A stretch of DNA of 64,000 nucleotides from positions 248,001-312,000 of the forward strand of contig NW_003314373.1 of the NCBI RefSeq assembly GCF_000143415.4. Direction: 5' to 3'. The DNA is from Selaginella moellendorffii (taxonomy: Eukaryota > Plantae > Lycopodiophyta). This document shows, one piece after another, positions 24,557 to 37,701 of this stretch (positions are counted from its first letter, which is position 1; the number at the start of each line of letters is the position of its first letter). Position numbers and translations under genes: made by a program. The notes under the pieces were generated by a model that was not told the DNA's origin, made no database searches, and saw only the letters and a program-made list of their open reading frames with translations.

Positions 24557-24878
24557 CCGCCATGGAGAAGAAACCGGGCCGTCTTCTTAAGCCCTGGAGC
24601 GCCATAGCGAGAGCACGAGTGAGGCGATCCAAAGAAGCATGCGAAAAAGCTTAACCCCGGGGCTTGAAGTAGCGCACCAGGATCCCAAGACGTGCGAGTT
24701 TTCTAGCAATTTCCGTCCGTGCCCACGACCCACTGAGTGCGAAGGATTTTCATAATCCATGTCTGTTACGATAAGATAAGGTCGCATTACGCCTCGGTTC
24801 TTGAAAAATATAAAAGAAGTGGAACCCGTGCCGACCATTTCCTTTAAAACATTCCGAGAACTTCGAGTGAGAGCAAGT

Positions 24879-27233
24879 TCACTGCATAGGCAGAAGCTTC
24901 TTTGTTGCTTCTACCCTGGCAGAAAATTGTGTTAGCATGCATTCCTTGTCGTGAAAAAACTTAAAAGACTTCTTACCTGCAAGCTAGCTTGATCGCGTCT
25001 TGATCGATGATGCCAACAACCTGTCCATCTTCTGATAAAACAGGAAGCTGCCTCAAGCCACGATTGGCTAGAAGCCTTTGAGCACTTTCCAAATTCATAT
25101 GGAGCTTTGCAGTAACGACGTTCGTCCTGCAGATATCAGATACTTTCTTTTGAGGAACCTGGGAAAGAAAGACAATGTCAGCCTGAAAAAATTGCCGTCC
25201 ATACCTCAGAAGGCTTTCGAAGTTCTTCCTGAATGTCTCCGAGAGTAAGAATACCTTCCAGACACTTGTTGCTTCCAATGACCAGCGCGCACCATTTCTT
25301 CTCTCTAAGCATCGAAAAAAGCGTGGCTTCAACGTTAGCATCTGGAGTAACTGCGAGGTAGTTCTCCCGAACAGCAGCTGATACGAGAAGTTCCTTAGCC
25401 AGCTTGGTTTCAGAAACATCTGTCACGCATAACGACTCTTCAACGTAGCAAAGTTCCTCCTTATCATCCTTTGAACTTGTCGCGTCCAGTGATCCAGACT
25501 TTTCTTGGCTAATATAGCTCGAGGCAATCCACGATGATAGACCAACCGCTGCCATGAGAGGTAGTATGATACGGTAGTCACGGGTGAGTTCAAAAAGAAG
25601 CAAAATAGATGTAAAAGGCACTTGACAGACTCCCGCAAGCACTGCTGCCATTCCGACCTGCGATACATTTTAAGTTACATACGTTGATAAAACAACGTAG
25701 CTTACCAACGCATATGCTTGCGGCGCAGCCACTTCCAAAGCGTCGAGATGATACATAGGATTCGCGTGGCTGATAATGTATCCTGCTAGTTTACCATAAG
25801 CTGACCCCAGAGAAGCTCCAATAAAGAGAGAAGGCGCATAAAAACCTCCAACGAGTCTAGAACCGCGGCACAGAGATGTAGCTACCACTTTTGCTGCGAC
25901 AATCTGGAAAAGTAGATCAGCTGGCGGACCTCTTGCCCAGGGTCTTGACTCTAATATAGCATCGACGTTCTCGAAACCCCAGTAGAGAACTTCCGGGTAC
26001 GCGAGAGCGATCACTGCAACACATAATCCCCCAAGAGGTGGCAAAAACGCTGAAGGAATGCCTGTTGATTTCTGCAGGTTGTCAAATAAAGAAGAAGCGG
26101 CTGCGGAACACTTTGTCAAGGAGATCGACAAACCTCCACAAATGACACCAAGCACGAGATACAAAGGGAGCTCTGCACAGAATGCCGTTCAAACTTGCAC
26201 CAAAAAAGTTTTTTGTCACATACCTGCGGGAGATCGAAAGTCATAACTTGGAATCTTAAAAGCCGGATCGCTTCCAAGTCCTGCTTGGGAAACAACGGTG
26301 GCAAGAACGGAACTTAATATAACCATGGCAGTGGTTAAAGACCCAGCCGAATCAGCAGCAAGTGAAGATTTTAGCACGGATTCAACAGCGAAGAAGCACC
26401 CGGCTACAGCTGCATTAAATCCTGCAGCATACCACAAAGGTATATAAATCACAACAGTCCTGCAAAAATTCACAAGAACGTATAGATGTCAAGCAACTTA
26501 AAAGTGATGAAGAACTTTACCAGATGAAATGCCTGCTGCAGATCCGGCAGCCTTGAGAGCTAGTGTTCTCTCGCGGCTACTTCTAAACGCTGAGCCGATG
26601 CCATTACCAACCGATGCACCGATCTCCACACTCGGGCCTTCTGGACCCAGTGAATTGGCCGTGCCAAGAGTCACAGCAGCAGCTACGCTTTTTAAGAGCG
26701 GCCTCGAAAGAGCTTGTACCTTCGTCCACAATTTGGAGTCGCTCCGATCGATCCAGGACTGTAGGAAGTTGATCAAACCAACAACGAATCCACCACCCAC
26801 AGGCACAATCATAATCTGCTTCCAAGTTTCGGCAAGCGGCTGGGATCTAAACCACGTCACTCGAGGAACTCCATGCCACACAATGTCATGGATTTCGTGC
26901 ACCTGGATAGAAAAACACTGAGATTTTGGGAAAACAAATTCTCCAAGAAAGATCACTTACTGTGTAGTTGAATGCTACGACGCCGATTCCAGTCAAGAGC
27001 CCAACGCCACAGGACATGAGCACTGCAAAGCCCTCCGGAGGCATGGAATCCATGGCTCGAGCATAGACTGCTCCATTTCGATTCGAAATATCGCGAGCTT
27101 GCCTCAATGCTGCGCGTTCTCCTTCCCCAACAGCGCACGCCGTGACTCTTCTGGAAATCGAGACCTTTCTGACCTTCACTAGCGGAGCGATAGATCTCCC
27201 AACCATGGCGCAATGCGGGAGCGCCATCGCCAT
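24879..27233 (-). CDS. CLC-E: Chloride channel CLC-e (thylakoid type), ~7 exons, C-terminal CBS domains
   Basis: GPEGPSVEIG, GFNAAVAGCFFAVE, YWGFENVD, GGFYAPSLFIGA and LLFELTRDY motifs; transit-peptide-like N-terminus; last exon RVEATKKLLPMQ*. Confidence 0.88.
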
Positions 27234-27311
27234 TCCACTAAAGAATGAAGAACCCTAGAAACCTTGAAATTATGGCGGGCTAGATTTTACATTTAAGATA
27301 TTCAAGTGATT

Positions 27312-27763
27312 TTACAGCGACAATCCTCCATCGTCCTCTCCACTGGGGAGCGTCTGAGAGAAACTGTAGAAGAAGCCCCACAGCGCGAAAGGAACGATGA
27401 CGAGAATCCAAGCTAGCGATCCATCGCTTACTCCCAATCCAAGCCCAGTCCCCTCTGTCGATAATCTCTCATCCACAAGAGCTAGAGCAGGATGAGCTGC
27501 GGCGAAGGTAGCTGCCGCTGTAGCAATCGATGCAGCGATGCCCGATGCTGCGGATTCCTTCTTCTCGGCCGAGCAAACGATCCTCCCGCCTCGCAATGCC
27601 GGCAATCCTGGGCAAAATTCCCATAGAATTGGATTGGAGTCTCGAATTAAGCATCGAACGACTTACCCACGATTGGCTTCACTGAGGCGCGATTCACAGC
27701 AACGGATTGGCCAAGGAATGCCCCAGCGCTCACGGTGCTCACGGCGAGAGTAGAGGCGGCCAT
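27312..27763 (-). CDS. psbW: Photosystem II reaction centre W protein (exons 27763-27667 and 27607-27312)
   Basis: Bipartite transit peptide ending ALA, then LVDERLSTEGTGLGLGVS..., one TM helix and an acidic GGLSL end. Confidence 0.95.
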
Positions 27764-27844
27764 AGCTCAGACGCTCTCTCTACCACAAATGTGAGCTCGG
27801 TTAATAGGCTTGGATCTCGTTACTAGCTTCGGTCTAGGTCTGAC

Positions 27845-27905
27845 GATAAGCTTATCCGCCGCCATTGGTCCTGCGTGTGACACGTGGCGTTACGTGACAC
27901 GTCAA
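27845..27905. promoter_or_regulatory. Light-response module upstream of psbW (I-box palindrome, CCAAT, G-box)
   Basis: GATAAGCTTATC at 27845-27856, ATTGG, GACACGTGGC (CACGTG 27881-27886) and two further ACGT cores. Confidence 0.65.
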
Positions 27906-27956
27906 GCTTGATTTTAAAAAAAATCTTTCGTTTTTAGAGGGAAATGTAAGGCTTTA

Positions 27957-28688
27957 CTACTGAGAAAGAGGAGGAGCTTCTTCTTCTCCGCTAATCAATG
28001 GTGGTTCCTCGATCTGGACAGGGGTGAGAGCGGGCGATGGTTGGAATTTCTGGATGTAATAGCTGAGAGGAGGCCCCGAGTACCCTGCTTGCGGTGGAGC
28101 CGATTCTTGGGATAGAATCACAGCAGTGGCGGCCACTGTGACGATTCCCAGCCCTGCGATGATCGCGACTGTGTTCTCGCTGCCTTGAGACGATGCTCCA
28201 GCCGATCCAGTGCTAATTGCCGATTCCGCGACATAAACCGGGGGCTGGATCAGGAATTTTGGGAGGAAATCTCAGCGGCTGGAAAGAATTTTGATCGATT
28301 CTACGTACCTCGACTGCGTAGACGTTGGTCTGACCGGCAGAATCCTTCTCGACATAGCCTGTGACCCTGTTTTGCTTCCCGATTGGGGGGAAAGTTCCTA
28401 CCACTTTGGTGTTCTCTTCGGCTTTCCAGTCCATGCTCAAGCTCCCAACCTAGAGATCAATCGAGTGAAAATTTCGGTCCTGGATCAAATGTTCTAGGCT
28501 CACGAATTGTTTCACGAGATGTTTACCTCCTTGGTGGGAGCGCATTCTTCCTCGTTGCATTCTTCTGGCGCCTTGATGGCCCGGACGATCTGGAGCGAAA
28601 ATCTTCGTTGTTGTTGCTTCCTAGGCGTAAACCCTAGGAATGATCGCGTAGTGGAGGTAGACGAAGAGCCAACGAGAGAGGCAGCCAT
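27957..28688 (-). CDS. MPH1: Thylakoid protein MAINTENANCE OF PSII UNDER HIGH LIGHT 1-like (3 exons)
   Basis: EECNEEECAP, VVGTFPP, GYVEKDSAGQTNVYAVE/PPVYVAESAIS, TM helix, GPPLSYYI and a Pro-rich tail. Confidence 0.85.
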
Positions 28689-28953
28689 GGATTCCACCAC
28701 AGAGCTGGAACCCTAAAACCCTGGCTCAAATGCAGCCACGTGTCAGATGCTCTAACGCCTAGAAGTATATTCTCATGGCAAAATCCGCGAGACTAGGGCT
28801 TTTGGGCGATGGGGCTTTCTATCGACCTGGTACGCATTCTCTCATCCAAGATCTCGCAGTGAATCTCTTCACTCGTTGCTCAGGAATAAAAATCGAGTGC
28901 TCCCGTGGGACTGCTCAGGATCTTCGATTGCGGCTCCTGCCGATAGCGATCAA

Positions 28954-30450
28954 ATGGCGGAGTTGCCCTCGTATTACCAAAATGCGCCAGACAAGAGCTA
29001 TCTCAACGCGGCGCTCGCGATAGTGCAGCTGGGAAGCGCCGGATTCACGATTCTTCTGAGAACTTCACGCGTTGGATCTCTCGGTCGTTTTGTTTTTCCG
29101 CTCTATCAGAACTGCATCGGATTCTTAATCCTCGCGCCATTGGCTTTCTTCTATGAGAGGTACCTAGCAGCTCTTTGTTTGCTCCTTCTTCTTTTCTAAA
29201 GCTCTAAAGCTGTTGTTTGTTTTGGTTTTCCTTCTTGGACTGATTCTTGGCAGAGATCAACGTCCAGAACTGCGCTTCTCGACTGCTTGCCGGTTGTTTA
29301 TTCTCGGCTCTATCGGGTATGTCCAGAATTTTTTTGTAGCATGCATGAATTACGTCTTTCCTTTCTCCAGTGTCGTGATCAATCAAGTGACGTATGTGAC
29401 GAGCTCTAGCTCAGTTTCCAGCTTGGTTTCACCATCAATTCCAGCGGCAATTGAGAGTATCACACCACTTTTTACCTTAATTCTAGCCGGGGCATGCTGG
29501 TCAGTAGTTTGAGTTAATTTTCTTTCTATTTCTAATACCTCTTTAATCAGGCTCGAAGAAATTCACCTGAGAAGACGAGATGGAAAAGCAAAAGTTCTCG
29601 GTATTCTTCTCAGTTGTCTGGGTGCAGTAGTCATCGCTCTTGGTAAAGGACCTGTGCTTCTGAGATCCTTGGCTGTCCCGACAAACAATCTCCTACAGGT
29701 GCAAGTGTCAAGCGAGTCTTGGCAGCTTAGCTCGATTGCTTTAATTGGCAGCATATGTTTGGGAATCTACCTCATCTTACAGGTTTGGTTTTGTACTGAC
29801 TCCTGCATTTGCATCGGTCCTTAAACTTGACATTCCAGGTTCCAATTTTGACACGCTATCCTGCTCCGCTTTCGGTTGCAGCTTTTTCTTGTTTATTTGG
29901 AGTCTTAGAGCTTGGTATTTTGTCAGCCATTTTTGAACGAGATACCTCCAAGTGGATTCTGGAGCCTGGCTCGCAAATTTATTGTGTGATTTACGCTGTA
30001 AGTTTGTTTGCATTTGGAGATGGAACAGTTCTCACTTTTCCTCGCTGCTCGCTCAGGGTTTTATTGGAACAGCTTTGGCGTTTGGAACTTATTCCTGGGG
30101 TGTTTTTCGGGGTGGCCCGGTCATAGTTGCTGTTTATCAGCCCCTGAGAATGGTTTTTACATGTACTCTTGCTGCAGTTCTTTTACATCAGCCATTTCAT
30201 TTCGGCAGGTACGTATCACTTGCAAAAAAGACGTGCCCGTATCAATGATCGTTTTTTTTTCAGTTTAATTGGTACAGTCCTAGTGATTTTTGGCACTTGT
30301 TCTGTGCTATGGGGACGGGAGGAGCAACGACGAATGGCCATGGGTTCATCGTTGACTGAACATTTATGGAGCGTAAGTTTCCTCAAGTCCATGTTTTTTT
30401 CAAGTCATGTTTGATCTTTTTCTTATCACTGGCTGCAGCCTGCAGATTGA
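28954..30450 (+). CDS. WAT1/UmamiT (nodulin MtN21, EamA) transporter, multi-exon
   Basis: ILAPLAFFYER, RRRDGKAKVLG, YPAPLS and GPVIVAVYQPL motifs; short GT-AG introns. Intactness not fully verified. Confidence 0.82.
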
Positions 30451-32063
30451 TTAGCAAGAAACCTCGCGCGACAGGTAGCGAGACTCCCAAAACCTGAGAA
30501 ATCAGGTGCGTTTACAGAGCGAGTTATAATCATGCTCATGAGGTGTAGAATTTTCCAGGTCAATTTATCTATAGGCCTAACTCGATCTTACTTATTCGCT
30601 ATGATTCCTAATCGGGCTTTGCAACTCGTGTCAGTGCTGTACTGTTTCGCTCTATTCCAATGCAAATAAAAAGTGATCCAATCGGTGTACTTCTTCTAAT
30701 GGTACGTTCTTCCTAGCTAGATACATATTATTTTTCTAAGATCCGTGTCTGGTTGCTGAAGTGTGTTCATAATCTTTCGGACTTGGACTGTTGCAGAGTA
30801 CTTTGGCCAGGAGAAAAGCAACGAAACGGACGTGAAAGTCTTGAGCTCGAGGAGCTTTGCTTCTTTCAAAAACTGGTACTTGCTCTTCTGCTAGTTCTTT
30901 CAGCTCCTCTATTTTCCTTGCATTGCGTCTCTTCTAGGGGGTACTGACTTTTAAACTTCAGTAGTCATTCTCCCGACTTGATTGATGCATTTCAATTATT
31001 AAACGTAGGATTGGGAAAGCTGCATTCTTTTGTTTGTGTCTTGGAGGTCATTTGTTTTTGCATTGGTTACGGCAGTGTAGAGGCATAGGAGTTTCGTTTT
31101 TATTCCCCCGTTTTCCTCGAGGAGCTACATAAACTTTTCCTTTTCACCACCACCACCAGCATCCCGGAATTAGAAATCTCTCCTCCACATGCCAAATGTA
31201 GCTCCCGGATTGCAATTCTCCTAGAGCTTTGTGGGTTATAATTAGAAGTAATTTCTCTACTGAAAGTTGCGTTGCGGGGGTTTCAGGATTGTGAATCTGC
31301 GAGAGGAGCTACCTGGGATGTCACGCATATGTATGTATCCATTGTATGCAGGATGTAGACATGACAAGCTTTGGTATGAATGACAGGAGATATGATTTGA
31401 CACAGGGGAGGAGACGAAGAAAGAACAGGACCTGTTTGTTTGGCTTGCTTTTCCGAGGCTGGTAAGCGAGCGAGAGAGAGCGATATATATATTTGAGTAT
31501 TCAAGCAGGAAGGAATATGTACTTGAGACTGCTCCTCACTGCTTTTCATGGCAACGCCAGTTGAAGGTGGGACAGCACCGAACAGGACATCACATGCCTT
31601 ATTGGCTTCTCCAGCGAGCGAGCAGCGGGCAGCAACATATCGAAGAGCCTCTCTCTTCCTTGGAACTGTGTGCTGCTCCTTTTCTCTCTCCCTCCGCCAA
31701 GTAAGTAATACTGGCACTGCACTGGCTTTTTCTTTTCGCATCAGTTTGCATTGTCAAATCGGTTATGTCGACGCTTGTGTGTGTGCAGGAGCAGCTCCAG
31801 CCGAATCGGACAGTTTCTTCTCGCTGGTTTTCTGACTCCCAAACACCAGCCGGCAGCACTGGTACAAACCAGCAGACGAGGCAGCAGCAGGCAGCAAAAG
31901 TGAAACCATATATCGACCGCTCGAGAGCAGGGAGATTTACTGTGACATGGACACTAGATCACAGCAGAGGCGAATTCATTGAACTTAAAGCGACCTTGGG
32001 CTCGTGTCACTGGCTCGCCTCGCCTTTGCTCTAGTGCGTGCTGCTGCTGCTTCCGCGGAAACC

Positions 32064-33603
32064 ATGGATAGCGACTTCAGCATTCATATCCACTCGATAT
32101 CCACTGTGGTGCCGGCTTCCCTCACGCGCAGATGCATCCTGCCGCTCACCAGCTTGGATTTTCTCAACAGGAATGTGGCTTGCATGCAAAGGATACTGTT
32201 CTATTCGCTCGACTTGGATTCGCTCGACAACTACGATTCCTTCGTCGACAAGCTCAAGGGCAGCCTGGCAGAGACGCTGGTCCGCTTCTATCCCCTCGCC
32301 GGCCGCTTCACCGATGGAGAGTCCGAGAAGCCGAGGATCAATTGCAACGACGCCGGTGTCCCTTTCATTGAGGCAGCGATGCTCCGAAAGTCTCTAGGCG
32401 ACTTCCTCGCCTCGCCTCACTGCATGGATCTCTGCTCGGAGCTGGCTCATGTGGAGAGCTCGGAGCTTGCAGATGCTCCACACATAGCTCCGGTATCGGT
32501 TCAGGTACGCATTTAAGTTTTTTGTGATCTCCTGTCTGTCGGTACTCACTTGCTCTTTGTTTTCCATTTTATTTTTTTCTTTTCGACGACGACGACGAAT
32601 GTTTTCCCAGGTGACACGATTCAAAAGTGGTGGTCTAGCGGTTGGTGTCTCCTACAACCATTTCCTCATAGATGGCTACTCCTTCTGGCACTTTATGAAG
32701 TCGTGGTCCGAAGTCGCCTGCGGACAGTCCATCTCTCTGCCGCCGGTTCACTCCCGGGAAATTCTGATATCGCAGCCGCCAGTCACTTATATGAGCTCCC
32801 TGCCTCGCTACTTCGCCATCCCCGCGACGGCCTCCATGGAGGCACCCGTCGGCTTCTCCAACATACAGCAGAGAATGTACAGCTTCTCGGCTCAGTTCAT
32901 CCGGAGGCTCAAGCTCCAGGCCATGGCCGGCAGCAACGGGGACATCCAGCAGGTGTCGTCCTTCCGCGTCCTGTGTGCGCACATATGGCGGTGTCTAGTC
33001 CGAGCTCGGGGGCTCGAGGAGTCGGAGGAGACACGCTTCTTCGTCGGGGTGGACGTGAGGAAGCGGCTGGTGCCGTGCCTCCCGGATGGATACTTTGGCA
33101 ACGCGGTGTGTGCTGTCTACGCCGAGTCCCGTGCCGGCGAGCTGCTGAGTCCCGAGAAAGGTACCGCTCATGGAGTCCGGATTCTAAGCCAAGCGATTGC
33201 AGGTGCCACAGACGGGAACATAAAGTCGCTGCTCGAGTGGTGTGACAAGCAAGGCAACGCTTACTTTCGAGGTGCCGACTACGCCCTCGACAACAACTTT
33301 GTGGTGGTAAGCTCGCCAAAGTTTCCAGCTTACGGCATAAACTACGGCTGGGGTGATCCTGTTGCAGTGAGGCCTGGCAAGCTAGCATGGGCCGGGATCA
33401 TCACCTTCTTCACAGGTGCCAGGGGCTCTGGGGACATCGACGTGTGTATCTGCCTGGCTCCCGAGGAGTTGCGCAGGATGGAGCAAGAGCCGGGCTTTCT
33501 GTCCATGCCATGGACGCAAGCTTCCTCTCCGGCCGATCCGCAGACTTCCCAGGTGTGTGGCTTCCAAGGCTTGGCCCCTCCAAACGTTTTCTTATTGGGA
33601 TGA
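32064..33603 (+). CDS. BAHD acyltransferase (exons 32064-32504 and 32611-33603)
   Basis: LAETLVRFYPLAGR, HFLIDG (HxxxD), YFGNA and NYGWG (DFGWG-like); intron at VQ/VT. Confidence 0.93.
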
Positions 33604-34883
33604 AAAGCCAGGCAGCACTGGCACTAAGCAGCTGCTCGTCGCTACTTTGAATGCTTCAAACTTAAAAATGGATAAAGCGACCGATGATCGCATCGTCCAC
33701 TCCATCGCCGTCGGCATCGCCATCGAGATAAGAATGGTTTTCTTAAAGTCTTAAAGCTGTGGGAGATCTTCTATCTTATAGTTCTTCCAGGAAACCTTTT
33801 GTGCGTTTCGATTAACTTCCTCCTAGTGTTTGCAGTAAGCACTCCACGACGAGCTTGGTGTGAAGCTCGACGAACTTCTCTTTGTTTCAATCTAAGCTTT
33901 TTCTTATATAATAATCTATGGATTCTATAATAATACTTGGTTGGTTTGGGAATTCTTCTCAAACTCAGATGCGAGGAGAATCTCACCCAGCATGATTGTG
34001 ATCGAGTGGTGAGAAACTTGGGTTCTCTTCGAGGGTGTGTTGCATGGATCCCGATCATTATAAAAGAAAATGCCCCACAAATCGTACTTTTCTTCTCGCT
34101 TGCTTCTGTCCCGGTCTGCCACTGTCATAGCATAATAGCATCAAATACATCATCCTCACCGATAATAGTAGTAGTTTTATTACTATGATATAGTTTTGTT
34201 ATGATCAATCTTTGTCTAAATGCTTACAGCTCTAGTGGCTAGCCAGAGGATACATATGATGAATCAAAGCTATGATTCCGGTGGCATCAAGGACAATGGA
34301 AGTTTTATCATGACACATAGACTTGGAATCCATCATACCTGTTTGAAAGCTTCTACTCTTTGGATGTTGCTGGAAGGCGCCACAAAGACCAAGGCCATTC
34401 CACGGGGTCAACGCGGCGAACCGGGCACACGCTAGCGGTCAACGGTCAATAAACGGTGACAAAGCAAAAGGGAATCTCTCTTCTCTTTTAACTCGGTGTC
34501 GGTAAAGATTTCTTGTTTGGCGGGCGTCAACCTTGCCTTGTTTGTCGCACGCCAGCATTGAGGTTTTAGGGCATGTTGGTCCGTGGTACGGTCAATGTAC
34601 GCATGTAGCTATGGTGATTGGCGACCAGGTTTTGTTTTTCATAGCTGGGAGCTTCCTTTCTTCCCTCGTGCTGGAAAAAGAATCCGTGTGCTGCCTTGAC
34701 TCTTGATCGCCAGCGCCATTTTAATCCGCGCGATAGCTCTTTCCAGGTCAAGGATTTCCCCAGTGGAAGGAAGGGACTGGACGACCGCGGCGGCGACGAG
34801 GATCTGGGCGCCGAGCTGTGATCTTGGCGATTTTTGTGTGGCGGCATTGGCGATTGTGGGCGAAATTTCTCGAAATATCGGGC

Positions 34884-36703
34884 ATGGAGAAGAATCTGTC
34901 CGTCGATGTCAAGACCGCGAGGCGCTTCTTCTGGGATTTGAGCGGATCGCCATACTCCGTCCGGAACTATGGTGAGTGTCGGCCTCTTTCTTTCTTTCTC
35001 TCAGGTTTCCTTGACTCCTCTCCAGATCGATCAGCGCTTAGTCCTCAAGACGATGCTGCGATCACGATGCAGAAGACGTATCGCGGCTATCGGCGGAGGC
35101 GGCAGCTCGCGGATTGCGCAGTGATTGCCAGAGACTATGGATGGTAAGCAAGAACACTGGAACCAATTTCTACCGAGTCACTTTCCATGGCCCATAAATT
35201 CTAACTTAAAAATTTAGGTGGAACGTCCTAGAGGGAGTTATCCTGAGACAGAACATCGAGTTCGACCAGGAGCGCGAAGAAAATGTGTCCCACAAATGGA
35301 TTCGTGCTAAGAAACTAGCGGCCAAGGTGAGTGGAGTAGTTGATTTTTCTCAAACTTATCTTGACCTGTGAGTTGCTTTCTTTCATCCAGCTCGGAAAGG
35401 GTCTGTCCAAGGACGAAAACGCAAGAAAACTTGCATTCGAACACTGGCTGGAAGCTGTACGCTTGTAGTTCATTTTGTTTGTTCTATTTTATGACCCGCA
35501 TTCATTGCAGATTGATGCCAGACATCGCTATGGACACAACTTGCATAAGTTTTATAAGATCTGGTTCTCGAGTGGGACAACCGAGCCTTTCTTTTACTGG
35601 TATGTTTGCTGCTTCTCCCTGCAGCGAAATCTTATTAAGCTTGTGAAACAGGCTGGATGTGGGAGAGGGCAGGCAAGTCGAGCACGAAGATTGTTCTAGA
35701 GCGAAGCTTTTCAAGGAACAGATAGATTATCTTGGCCCTGTAAGTGCTTGCGAACGCGTGGTCGCTCTATTTCTGACTAAAAGTCGTGTCTTTGACAGCG
35801 GCAAAGGAAAGAGTATGAAGTGTCGATAGAAAACGGGGTGTGGAGATACTTGGACGGGAAGATCATTGACACCGGCGTGGTGGACGATGACGACAAATGG
35901 ATATTTGTGATGAGCACGACTGGAAGGATATACGTAGGCCAGGTACTTAGTTTATGGAGCGCCTTTGCGCCAGGGAGTTGACATATGCTTTCATATGCGC
36001 AGAAAAAGAAAGGGAAATTTCAGCACTCGAGCTTTCTAGCAGGAGGAGCTGCCACAGCGGCTGGCCGACTGGTTCTAATGAACGGCATTTTGGAGGTACC
36101 AAATAGTTAAGTTCCATAGCTTGGAAGCTCATGTATGATGTGTTTGTCGACAACAGTTGCTTGAAGCTCACAGCGGCCACTACCGGCCGGCCGAGGAGGA
36201 TTTCAGATACTTCCTCAACACTCTCAAGGATAAAGGCGTGGACATGTCCAGAGTGAAGGTAACAAGTCTACTTCGCAGCGCTCAACGTTCATCACTGTCG
36301 TCCAAATTGTTTGAAATAGGTGGAATACTCTTCCCGCGAGATGAAATCTCACAAGCAAAAGTCAAAGAAGAAGTTGCCCAAGGCCAACAAGGATTCCGTT
36401 AGCGATGAAGCAGCGAGCCTGGCAACGACTTTTGTGGAGGCATTGAGCCAGGAAGCGTCAAAGCCGGAGGAGACCCCTTCCCTCCTCACTCATGTAGACG
36501 TCAACGGCAACGAGTGTAATGGAAATGGAGATCTGCACAAGCACATGAAGCATCGCCCTCCAATGCTCGAGATCAAGCGAAATGGCTGGTGCTCCGAGGG
36601 TGGAGCACGGATCACAAGCCTCTCCGTCATTCCACCTGATCGTCGAACGAGAGCTCTCGACGCCGTTTCAACCCCGCGGGTCCTGGCCACTGTTCGCTGG
36701 TAA
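34884..36703 (+). CDS. IQM: IQM-family IQ-motif calmodulin-binding protein, multi-exon
   Basis: [57 protein letters not shown] and HSGHYRP. Confidence 0.9.
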
Positions 36704-37009
36704 TAACTGGTCAGTAAGCTCCATCTTCCTCTCATTTTCTCGTTGCTAGTAGCTTTCAGCACTGATGGTGGAACTTTTCTGTCTCTCCTTTTCAGATTGC
36801 TACAAGATGTTTTGGCAGCTTGTGAAGGTGTACATACATTGTCATCTCTTTCAGGAATTTCCAAATCAAACTTTTCTTCGAACACATCGCCATCTCTCTA
36901 TAGGTGTTGAGAATTTTCAATCAAGCTCATCCTTTGAAAGATAAGAGTACTTGCGTCAAACCAGGAAAGATATACTATACTTAAAGTGAAGGAAAGCCAC
37001 TTCGTTTTC

Positions 37010-37300
37010 GTAACACTGGACTCCTTTCCAATGACAAGCCAAGAGCACAAGAAATGCGTGGAACACGATCGAAATGCGTGCCTGGAGCTTATCAGATTGG
37101 GCACGACACTATCCATGGCCAAAGACGCCGGAGGAATCTCTCGTTTGATCCTGGCATATAGGGCATTTTCTGTGTGCAAGAGAGATGCTCTGTAAACTGC
37201 GTCTTGTAGACAGCGATGCTGGTCGCTTATGTTCGAGCTGGAAACTGGCAGAGAAAATATTTGAGGAAATGGAGGAACGCAGTGTTGTCTCGTGGGGAGA
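37010..37300 (+). pseudogene. Deletion-collapsed remnant of the PPR gene at 41134
   Basis: Ordered blocks match 41091-41212, ~41520-41565 and 41830-41916. Confidence 0.88.
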
Positions 37301-37701
37301 CAAAAAGGAAGATAGTGCTAAGAAGTGATAAAGTAGTGTATAATGCCAATAAAAAGCTACTAAAGCACAAGAGGCATTGGCTTTACCACAACACACTTAT
37401 AAATTATTTTCGTTCTTTTGGTCATTTCTCCATCATCAGGTCTACTTACAACCCATCCTACCTCTAACAATATGATGCATGCCTTTATAAAAGTAACTTA
37501 AATTTGCACTTGATACTCCTCAAATTCATTGAAGAACAAATGAAAATACTCACAAGACCAGTGTTGCTAGTGGTTCATATTGTTTGATTTGAGGTCTTTG
37601 GAACTAGATCCCCCCATTTTGAGTGTCATTTCAGCTAGAGCTAAACTATGGAGTTCTAAAATTCCCACTGACACAAAAATGCCTCAATTTTATCTCCATA
37701 T

